Shown here: in pieces, positions 39,767-47,725 of the stretch | Layout: every line of letters starts with the position of its first letter | Position numbering within the stretch: position 1 is the first letter of the stretch | Source: a virus | Lineage: Duplodnaviria; Caudoviricetes | Length of the DNA stretch: 59,081 nt | Virus record (IMG/VR): IMGVR_UViG_3300033143_004027 | Coordinates: 1 to 59,081 of that record | Strand: one strand, 5' to 3' | Position numbers and translations under genes: made by a program | The notes under the pieces: model-generated | What the model was told of the DNA's origin: nothing | Database searches by the model: none | What the model saw: the letters and a program-made list of their open reading frames with translations, nothing else

Positions 39767-40800
39767 CGCTTCGCCTTCTTCTTCGGCGGCTTGAGCTGCC
39801 CCGTCTCCAGGAACCGCCGCCAATCGGCTTCGTCAATTATAGCATCGGAGCGTACCGCATCCACAAAACTGGCTGGCGAAGCATTATCGCTACGCAGAAC
39901 ATCTTGATGCGTTGTGCTGCTATTCGCGTTGATTGGCTCCGAACTTATTATATGCTCAAACATATAGGCATCAAGGCCCTCGCGGTCAACACCAGCGTCA
40001 ATGGCATCGCTAATAAGAATCTGGGGGCAGTCCTGCTCTTGGCCGGCGAGACCCAGACAGTTAGACGATGATAGTGGTAATACATTACCATTCAACGACC
40101 GGCCCCGAATCGTCGGAATCGTATAGTGGGTAGGAACCTGCCAGCCGGTTGCGAATGCCAGGCGGTATGCGTGTTCACCAAACTGTCCTACTATCGTTGA
40201 GAGGTCTTCGCCGTCAATTGCCATATTCCGACCCGTTAGCATCTCGTCTACTGCCCAGCTCAATACAATCCACGGGTGCGTGATGTGAGTTTGGGAACCC
40301 GCCCCGCCGATTCGAGTGGCTATATACTCTGACTCTACATCTACTATTTGTTTTTCTCCAAACGGCAGTGGCCACTGCCCAAACTGCTCCTCAAATCCGA
40401 ATATGCTGTAATAGTGTTGCGTGAGGGTATTATCGCTTTGCCATTTGACGCCCATCTGCCGCTCTTCGGGAAATGGCCAGTTGAATCCCTGGGCACGCAG
40501 CTCTTCTTCACTGCTGGGGCCGAGGCCATAATGATTGAGACAGCGAATCAATTCGTCGCCCCAATACTCAAATGATGGCCGTAGGTCATTGGGTGCTTTC
40601 TCGCCCACGGGTTCCCGCGCCGTGGGCAATCCAAGCATCGCCAACAGGTCGTCAATTATAATGACGAAAGTGCCGCCAGTGCGCTCGACAAGTGTGTGTA
40701 TAAGCCAGGCAATTGTGTAGTGCGAAAGCAATGTCGGCCCTGAGGGCGTCGGGACCATAGTCCCGTGTACCCTCTTGGGCGTCAATATCTTGTTACTCAC
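39763..40800 (-). CDS. Glutamyl-tRNA-synthetase (GluRS/GluQ)-like catalytic domain with degenerate motifs
   Basis: VPTPSG, GGTFVIIIDD, QSD, AVDE..TG.N.AIDGEDL, GWQVP....P.I are colinear with class Ib GluRS. Confidence 0.65.
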   Translation of the reverse strand: MSNKILTPKRVHGTMVPTPSGPTLLSHYTIAWLIHTLVERTGGTFVIIIDDLLAMLGLPTAREPVGEKAPNDLRPSFEYWGDELIRCLNHYGLGPSSEEELRAQGFNWPFPEERQMGVKWQSDNTLTQHYYSIFGFEEQFGQWPLPFGEKQIVDVESEYIATRIGGAGSQTHITHPWIVLSWAVDEMLTGRNMAIDGEDLSTIVGQFGEHAYRLAFATGWQVPTHYTIPTIRGRSLNGNVLPLSSSNCLGLAGQEQDCPQILISDAIDAGVDREGLDAYMFEHIISSEPINANSSTTHQDVLRSDNASPASFVDAVRSDAIIDEADWRRFLETGQLKPPKKKAKR

Positions 40801-42602
40801 TTCGTTTCCCCCTTCAGTCTTAGTATTTCTTCGGCTACATCCCTCCGCAACTCATCCAGGTTGCCTTCGTATATTCGCTCTGGGTCTTGCGCCTTCAACC
40901 ACGCCTCGCCTCCCGCTGCTATCAGCGTAGCGATGTAGCGCGAGTCATCGTACCCTTCCCGGTATGCCTCCCAGGATATGGTATCCAATACTCCACGGTC
41001 GCCACGTCTTACGAAATCACCACTACCTACTCGCCCGTGAATACCAGCATAGCTCCACGGCATTGTGCCGTCTATGTTGGAAAGCCACATACCGAAACCG
41101 CGAGTGCGACGATGGTCGTCGGGCAAGGGCCAGCAACCCCACGGGTCCATATATGTGAAGAGCCGTTTGCCCCGTTCGTGGACACCCTTTATCATATCCT
41201 GCCATTCAGGTGTTAGCGTTGATTCGGGATGCCAGTGCGCGTGTTTATCAGGCGCAAGCAGAACGGCCTTGGCGGTAGCAGTATGCTGTTGCCTATCCGC
41301 CTTTCCACTATCGGGTGGTTGTACAATAGCTGTATCTAATACATCTCCGACTAATTCCGCAAAGTTGGGTGGGCAGGCTACCCAGACAAAACCGCCCGCC
41401 TCCTCGACACTCTTCATAGCTTCGTGTTCAGAGCGCAGCTTTTCTCCGCCCCACTCGTCGCCAGCGGCAAAGCCAACTCGCCCATATCCGCGCGCCGTCG
41501 CCCAGGCCTGTATCTCTCTTGCCGCTTCTGTGTTCCGCTCGTAGTCCCCTTCGCCCAGACCGGTGGCAATCCTAACCGCACCGTCCCCAATGAACAGCTC
41601 GCCTCGTGGCAGGCCAGCCGCCTCACGCAGGTGCAAGTAAGCCTCTAACTTGCTAAAGTCTAACGACCCATCAGGGTTCCGACCAACCTGCTCGTATATA
41701 TTCGGGTTTGTACACCCGTGCGCCAGCATATTCTCAAGCTCAAGCACCATCTGCGTTTCTGTTATTGGGCCGTACCGTTGCCGGAAGGCCTCAGAACTTT
41801 CAGGGGAATCCAGCATCGAAGCATAGTATATGCTATATGTTTCGCGTGGCGGAAGGAGCTTGATGTTCGGCACCCAGACATTCAGCCTGAGCGTCTGCGC
41901 GGGTGCATTGCTAGGCACAATCCGAAGCGTTGCGGTGTAGTTAGCTGGCTGCACATCTTCGGGAATGTGTACTGTTATCCAGAACTGCTCGCACTTACTA
42001 ATATCTACCGGACGTAGCCCTTTTGTATCTATCAACTTCTTGAGCATCCGATTCTGTGGTGCGTGGAGAGTTCGCCATTCTTCTATGGTTTCGGGGTAGT
42101 TACCCCAGTCGGGAATGATGCCGCCCTCGCTTGCAGAAACATATCGCTCCTCTGGCATATTAGCATAGTAGTCGGGCACTTCTTCGACTACCGTTAGCAT
42201 ATCGGGGTCGTGCACAAGAACGCAGGGCGTGACGGCGTTGCCAATTCCTTGCACACCGGCAACCTGCCACTCTGCTAACCGTATATCTACCGCGCTGGCT
42301 GCTATTGTGGCATTGCCTCCACCATCAAAATAGTCCCCCACCAATTTGCTGCAAGCCATTCTTACATTGTCAAGGTGCTCATCAGTCGCCGTCTGAATCA
42401 CGAAGCTCGCTGGTTCATACTCGCCAGGCGCGGCCATAATACTAATGGTGTCGCCCTTCTGGCAACTTGTCGGCAGCGGTTCGTCAAGCACCAATACGTG
42501 ATTGGTTATGGGCGGGTCAATTATATAAATCTCGTAGGCGCCTGCACCCGCAGGAAACAACAATGGCAGTATGAACGCTATAACATAAATCGGTTTCATC
42601 AC
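40797..42602 (-). CDS. Secreted GH123/DUF4091-like glycoside-hydrolase-type protein
   Basis: Signal peptide; PGEYEPASF, FWITVHIP....P..Y, GDE, WEAYREGYDD.RY..TL. Confidence 0.65.
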   Translation of the reverse strand: MMKPIYVIAFILPLLFPAGAGAYEIYIIDPPITNHVLVLDEPLPTSCQKGDTISIMAAPGEYEPASFVIQTATDEHLDNVRMACSKLVGDYFDGGGNATIAASAVDIRLAEWQVAGVQGIGNAVTPCVLVHDPDMLTVVEEVPDYYANMPEERYVSASEGGIIPDWGNYPETIEEWRTLHAPQNRMLKKLIDTKGLRPVDISKCEQFWITVHIPEDVQPANYTATLRIVPSNAPAQTLRLNVWVPNIKLLPPRETYSIYYASMLDSPESSEAFRQRYGPITETQMVLELENMLAHGCTNPNIYEQVGRNPDGSLDFSKLEAYLHLREAAGLPRGELFIGDGAVRIATGLGEGDYERNTEAAREIQAWATARGYGRVGFAAGDEWGGEKLRSEHEAMKSVEEAGGFVWVACPPNFAELVGDVLDTAIVQPPDSGKADRQQHTATAKAVLLAPDKHAHWHPESTLTPEWQDMIKGVHERGKRLFTYMDPWGCWPLPDDHRRTRGFGMWLSNIDGTMPWSYAGIHGRVGSGDFVRRGDRGVLDTISWEAYREGYDDSRYIATLIAAGGEAWLKAQDPERIYEGNLDELRRDVAEEILRLKGETK

Positions 42603-42693
42603 TGTATCTCCTGGTGTAGTGTATGGTATGATTAGTAGCTTGGCCTGCCCCCGCCGCTAGACGAGGGCAAGCCCATTACAGCCCGACAGATTG

Positions 42694-43452
42694 CTATGGC
42701 TTTGGCGTCAAGTTCCACATCGTCCAGGAGGCATTGTCGCCCGCCCAGAGGACGCCCTTGTCCACCATGGATGCGTGACCATCCACCCAGGCAACTCCGC
42801 ATTTCTTGCCGCCAGCGTGCCGAAAAGCAGGCCGATAAACGCTGGGGTATGAAACGAAATATGACCCACCATAATTGTAGCATTCACTAAACATTACAAA
42901 GTTCGTCGGTGACCCAATCTCGCCTTCCCACGCCAGGGTTATGCCTTCGTTCTGGCCATAGCTCATATACTTCTCCATCTCCGTGTCAATACCATAGAGG
43001 CTATTTGTGTACGGCCCGCCACGTGGCTCCATATCGTTCTTCCAATCGGGGCAAACTATAATGCGCGACTGGCTAAGGTTGTCTGCTGTGCCCACATAGT
43101 TTGCACCCTGCTGTGTACCAGCGAAGTAAGGTCGGACGCTGCCCCCGTGAAGTTCAATAGTCTCAGGCGCACCGTCCGGTCGGATGCAGTAAAACCACGG
43201 ATTCCAGCCATCCAAGTTGAACGTTGGAAACCGGTCGTTGTAGTCGGCCACATACATCTTTACGGCCAGAGCGAGCTGCTTAATATTACTTAGGCAGGTC
43301 GTCTGCCGCGCCATTGCCCTGGCCTTGGCAAAGACTGGGAACAGAATTGCTGCCAGGATAGCAATAATCGCTATCACCACCAGCAGCTCTATCAGCGTGA
43401 AACCCTTGTGACCAGTTGTCAATGTGCTCTTAAGCCTCTTGTGTTTCTTCAT
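42694..43452 (-). CDS. Prepilin-type N-methylation / DUF1559 (H-X9-DG) protein
   Basis: [40 protein letters not shown]; C-terminal RH-x9-DGHA. Confidence 0.9.
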   Translation of the reverse strand: MKKHKRLKSTLTTGHKGFTLIELLVVIAIIAILAAILFPVFAKARAMARQTTCLSNIKQLALAVKMYVADYNDRFPTFNLDGWNPWFYCIRPDGAPETIELHGGSVRPYFAGTQQGANYVGTADNLSQSRIIVCPDWKNDMEPRGGPYTNSLYGIDTEMEKYMSYGQNEGITLAWEGEIGSPTNFVMFSECYNYGGSYFVSYPSVYRPAFRHAGGKKCGVAWVDGHASMVDKGVLWAGDNASWTMWNLTPKP

Positions 43453-43492
43453 TAGTTACTCCTTGTATTGGTGTAATTCTCCCCACACGCAG

Positions 43493-43526
43493 GAAGCCCG
43501 ACTGCTGTGCGTACCAGTCGGGCTTC
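43493..43526. promoter_or_regulatory. 12-bp perfect inverted repeat upstream of the DUF1559 gene
   Basis: GAAGCCCGACTG-10 nt-CAGTCGGGCTTC. Confidence 0.5.
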
Positions 43527-43678
43527 TCTGTAGGGAGGGTCTGCGTCGGTTGCGTTAGTTGTTAGTGTATACCACCTCCGTCAAATTGTATGGTGTTGGT
43601 GCAGTTCCCCCTTGTTTTCAGAACAAAATCCACCGCGCCTCCCCCTTTCAATCAAAGCATACCCACTGGCGGAGGCGG

Positions 43679-43942
43679 TTAAACCTTAGTATCAAAGTCC
43701 TGCTGTATTCGGGTGCCCATACCACGAAGTTGCCAGCAATCCCCAGGGCCTATATCGTGGGTTATCTCCTGCCCCCAGGCACTCGCTAAGCCCACCCCAT
43801 CCACCTTGCGCTGCTTCTTTCGCATCCTAAGCCTGCCTCCCCAGCGCCTCCAGAGCCAATAACCAAATCGGTTTAGCAGGCCGCCATCAGTATCCGGCTC
43901 AAGGAACTCTACCCAGACCTCCCAAAGCACTTCGTCGGCCAT
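43679..43942 (-). CDS. Hypothetical protein
   Basis: ORF track. Confidence 0.4.
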   Translation of the reverse strand: MADEVLWEVWVEFLEPDTDGGLLNRFGYWLWRRWGGRLRMRKKQRKVDGVGLASAWGQEITHDIGPGDCWQLRGMGTRIQQDFDTKV

Positions 43943-43944
43943 CG

Positions 43945-44061
43945 CTATCGCCGTCTACTCCGTCCGCGCCCCGCGCTGCGAGTTGTCTTACACCCACCGC
44001 GCCCTCGGTTGGCTCTCGTTCCACGCCCGCTGCCATCTCGTTTAGGAACTCCTCGTGCCAT
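43945..44061 (-). CDS. 38-aa Arg/Gly-rich basic peptide
   Basis: MARGVPKRDGSGRGTRANRGRGGCKTTRSAGRGRSRRR; TAATG coupling to the minor head gene. Confidence 0.55.
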   Translation of the reverse strand: MARGVPKRDGSGRGTRANRGRGGCKTTRSAGRGRSRRR

Positions 44062-44903
44062 TAGTCTGTCGCCCTTCCTCTTTGTGTAAATACCTTCTTC
44101 TGCTCGGTGCGCCGCCCTCGCCAGCCGCCCTTCCTGACCCGCATCTTCTTGACCTTAGTGAGGGCCTTACCGCCAACAGGTGTTCGGGCCGAGCCATCCC
44201 ACAGCCGAACCTCGCCATCCTCTACTTGTCGCTTGGCGTTGCGCATCACATCGGGGTCAACATGCCACTCCTGCGTCCATTCGCAGGCACAGTTTGGATG
44301 AGCCGACGCCCCCAGCGTGGTAGACTGCCGAATGGTATATGGGTTGCCACTGGCTATGCCAATGCAAATATCGCAAGTACGGTCACCGAGGTTCTGGAAG
44401 TACATCACGCGGGACTTGTCAACGTCAACAAGTTTCTGCGTGTCGCTACCACTATGGGCAAGTATATCTGTCTGTGCGCGGAATTTAGCCTCCTGCCGTA
44501 CGAGCTGGTCAAGTTGCTTGGCCTTATATTCAACAAACTTAGCGCGGGCAGCCTTGCGCTCGGCAAATGGTAGCTTTGCTATCCTGTCGCGCTCTTTTGC
44601 GAATGTGCGCTTGAGGCTCTTTGCCATCACACGGGAAGTGCGTTGTAGCTCCCGTTGCTTCCAAGCGGCCCGTAGCTTGAAGTCGCCACCGCCCAATGCC
44701 CGCGAGAACGCCGTAGCCTCGTGATTATACAGTGTGGTCAGTTGCCGATTGATTGCGCGGGCAAGGGCTTTGTCGTCCCGCGCCCCACGCAATAGCTGGT
44801 AGTGGCTGCCCCACTCGCGCCGCCTCGGAGCGAACGGGCCCACAAACTCGGACAGGCGTTCCCAAGGAACAGCATAGTGAGGTTGGAAGGGATTAATTGC
44901 CAT
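44061..44903 (-). CDS. Minor head / head morphogenesis protein (SPP1 gp7/MuF-like)
   Basis: DRTCDIC...HPNCAC. Confidence 0.75.
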   Translation of the reverse strand: MAINPFQPHYAVPWERLSEFVGPFAPRRREWGSHYQLLRGARDDKALARAINRQLTTLYNHEATAFSRALGGGDFKLRAAWKQRELQRTSRVMAKSLKRTFAKERDRIAKLPFAERKAARAKFVEYKAKQLDQLVRQEAKFRAQTDILAHSGSDTQKLVDVDKSRVMYFQNLGDRTCDICIGIASGNPYTIRQSTTLGASAHPNCACEWTQEWHVDPDVMRNAKRQVEDGEVRLWDGSARTPVGGKALTKVKKMRVRKGGWRGRRTEQKKVFTQRGRATD

Positions 44904-44905
44904 TT

Positions 44906-45347
44906 CTAATCAACTATTCTGTGGCCGTAGCTCCGCACGACCTTGCGCCAGCCCTCAAATGCCCGTCCCAGAACGCTGGGCCGATGGTAGGGAGAAAAGC
45001 GATATAGCACACTACCATTGCGCTCTTCGAACACACCATCCATTCTGGGGCCTATTGATTCGCTGCTCCATTTGTCCCACGCTTCGCGCAGTCTTTCAAT
45101 TGTTAGTGGCGGCATTTCTACTCCCCCTTGGCTTATAATTCTCGCACAACTCGTCCTTGACCCAGGCGGTGATGATGAAGAAACTTGTGTCGGCCTCCAT
45201 TAATCTTACTTCTACTGCATCGTCGTGGTATGGTCTCAACGAGTTGTCGCGCAGGTATTTGGCTGCTGCGTTGCGTATGGGTATTGTCTTGTCAAAAACC
45301 GAGGAAGGAACCACAACTTTAACCTGATAGTAAACGTCTGGTGGCAT
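44906..45347 (-). CDS. Two small hypothetical proteins (44906-45115, 45096-45347)
   Basis: AAGGGG RBSs. Confidence 0.45.
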
Positions 45348-45849
45348 TACTTTCCCCCTTGAGTATATCGCTCGTCGAATAGTTGCCTACCAGCGGCAGG
45401 AACCGAATATCCGCGCCACAGGCCTCCAGTGCTTCGCGCTCGCCCGCATCCATATTATCCAGTGTATAGTCTCCACCCTTGACATAGACATCGGGCTTGA
45501 CGGTGTTGATTAGTTCGGTACAGCACGGGGAGTCGTAGATTACAATAAAGTCAACGCTTTCCAATGCGCTGAGCATTGTGGCTCGCTCCAACTCATTGAA
45601 CACTGGGCGGCCCTCGCCCTTGAGTTGACGAACCGACTCGTCACTGTTCAAGCCTACAACAAGCAGGTCGCCCTCAGCCCGCGCCGCCTCCAGGTGCAGA
45701 ATGTGGCCAGGGTGCAGTACGTCAAAGCAGCCATTGGTGAAAACTATCTTAACGCGCCACGGCGATGGTGCGGGGCGAAGTCCCCGCTGAACATCCCTGT
45801 GTGCGCAGATACTACCTATGTCACTAACCAGCTTGCGTGGATTTAGTAT
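45319..45849 (-). CDS. HldE/RfaE domain II-like sugar-1-phosphate adenylyl/cytidylyltransferase
   Basis: In-frame extension above the ORF-track start gives [15 protein letters not shown]...[21 protein letters not shown]...YVKGGDY...STS; probable ATA start. Confidence 0.85.
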   Translation of the reverse strand: MLNPRKLVSDIGSICAHRDVQRGLRPAPSPWRVKIVFTNGCFDVLHPGHILHLEAARAEGDLLVVGLNSDESVRQLKGEGRPVFNELERATMLSALESVDFIVIYDSPCCTELINTVKPDVYVKGGDYTLDNMDAGEREALEACGADIRFLPLVGNYSTSDILKGESNATRRLLSG

Positions 45850-45896
45850 CTGCTATTCCCCCTTAAACGCCACCCTATACCACTGTCGATTGCCCA

Positions 45897-46133
45897 TCAG
45901 TAGCCATCTATGTAGTCATCCCCAACTACCGCAAGCCCGTAATGTCCATTTTCATCCCGCCCGCGAATAATTGTAGAGTGTGCGGACTCTGCCAATTCAA
46001 GCAATTGTGCAAATGTCAAATCTATACAGGTGGCGCCACCTTCTATCTCATAGGAACGGGGAAGTTTGCCTATATCAGGGCTTGTGTCAGAGATTCCAAA
46101 TGTAACTATTTGCTCACGCCTTATTCCGCTCAT
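45897..46133 (-). CDS. Hypothetical protein
   Basis: AAGGGGG RBS. Confidence 0.45.
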   Translation of the reverse strand: MSGIRREQIVTFGISDTSPDIGKLPRSYEIEGGATCIDLTFAQLLELAESAHSTIIRGRDENGHYGLAVVGDDYIDGY

Positions 46134-46146
46134 TGCTGCTCCCCCC

Positions 46147-47628
46147 TTACCACCCAGACTCTTCTGCGCGTTCCTCCTCCAGTACCGTCGGCTCGGCCTC
46201 CTCCGCCGCCATCTCCTCCTCTCGGGCCTGCAATTCCCCAGCTATGTCATCGAAGCCGAGCAAGTCAAGTACAGATGATACTGCCTGTGCATCTGTCAAC
46301 AGACCACTATCATAACCCTCTATAATGAGCTTGCCCGCCTCGCTGATGTCCTGCCTGGCAATGCGGGGGGCGGGTATGTCATATTGGGCATCTTTAATGC
46401 CTGCCCGCGCCAGAGCAAAGTCAACCAGTTTGCGATAGGCGTCAATCCAGATAGACTGATATGCCCGCATATGAACCAGCGTCGGCCTGTCCATGGTGTG
46501 CGCCGTCGCAAGCCCTGCATTGTCTGGGTCACCCGAATAGTGCAGTGGTATGCCCAGGCCCACGACGCCAGCCATGTGAAACATCCGGCTATTGGTTTCC
46601 GCCTCCCCTGCCCGCGAAGAAGCCCTGTTCACGGACAATTCAGCCTGTGCATTCAGAAAGTTTATCTGGGCAGCAATATTCTCGTTGGCCTCCCCGTCGG
46701 CCCACTGGCCGCGGTCACGTACCTCATCGCGAAGGGTGTCAATGGCCTCGCTGCTGGCATCTACCTTGAGCACATTCATCAGCGCCGCTGTTGCCGCGCT
46801 GACAGTACCCTGGTCTTCGGCGGTCCTTTTGTGGAGCGTAAACCACGGCAAACTCACCGCCGGTTCTGGCCAACCAAAACCACCAGCGTCAATTGCATTT
46901 ATACTAATGTGCAGAAGATGGGCGCCCTTCTCGGCCTTGTTGCCGAGCCTATCATGAAGTGGGTCATTGGCTTCCTCCGTATTGAATATGTCACGATAGA
47001 AGACGACCTTCTTTGTGCCCTTCTCCCGCCAGTTGTTTTCTGTGTCATCCCACTCCAGGTCGGGAATGTGGCACTTATAGTACAATACCCGTGTGAGGTC
47101 GAATGGGTCAATGATGGGTTGTATTACATATTTAGCGGGCATATAGCGAACGGCGGTGCGCTTGTCGCCTTCGGCCCCGCCGCGCAGTATGGCAAAGTAG
47201 TCACCATCAACCAATAGCTGATTAGACGCCCTGTGCTGGGCAACCGTGGAAAACAATGCACTCTGGTTGTCCTGTGCCCACCAGAAGTCATCAATGGCCG
47301 CCTGTACCGCTGGGCGTTTGTCTTTACTGACCGGCCCGTCAATGCCTTGCTCAAAACAGAACTCCGTCATCAGCCGCAGCGCGCCCTTGATAAAGACGTT
47401 ACCGCGTTGGAACTGATAACGACAATTGTCACGGACAACCTGGCGATCCTCTGCCTTCCGCTCCTGCGATAACCGCGTCCAACCGACATCCTCTTTGAGC
47501 CGCTCTATTTCGCGGCTAGACTCTTTCAATTGAAGCCGAGTGTTGTAGAGGTCACCGTTAAGGCGGGAAAGCTCCCCGCCGGTTGCGGCATCGGCAAGTC
47601 TTTTCAGCGAACGTTGTAATAGTCTCAT
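46147..47628 (-). CDS. Portal protein
   Basis: Directly after TerL; LLVDGDYF, GIP.HY.GD..NA.LATA; start may be 47682. Confidence 0.85.
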   Translation of the reverse strand: MRLLQRSLKRLADAATGGELSRLNGDLYNTRLQLKESSREIERLKEDVGWTRLSQERKAEDRQVVRDNCRYQFQRGNVFIKGALRLMTEFCFEQGIDGPVSKDKRPAVQAAIDDFWWAQDNQSALFSTVAQHRASNQLLVDGDYFAILRGGAEGDKRTAVRYMPAKYVIQPIIDPFDLTRVLYYKCHIPDLEWDDTENNWREKGTKKVVFYRDIFNTEEANDPLHDRLGNKAEKGAHLLHISINAIDAGGFGWPEPAVSLPWFTLHKRTAEDQGTVSAATAALMNVLKVDASSEAIDTLRDEVRDRGQWADGEANENIAAQINFLNAQAELSVNRASSRAGEAETNSRMFHMAGVVGLGIPLHYSGDPDNAGLATAHTMDRPTLVHMRAYQSIWIDAYRKLVDFALARAGIKDAQYDIPAPRIARQDISEAGKLIIEGYDSGLLTDAQAVSSVLDLLGFDDIAGELQAREEEMAAEEAEPTVLEEERAEESGW

Positions 47629-47725
47629 AATCGCGTAATAAGGCGTTCCTCGGTCTGGGTGGGGGTAGGTTATATCACCCAATAGAAACGCGCCCAGAGG
47701 CCGTCAGGCGCGATGGTCGGCTATT

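Noticed and set aside
45850-45860. Stop-codon reassignment (TAG readthrough)
   Set aside because: Conserved genes are intact under code 11 and many end in TAG or TGA; an ATA start explains this locus more simply.
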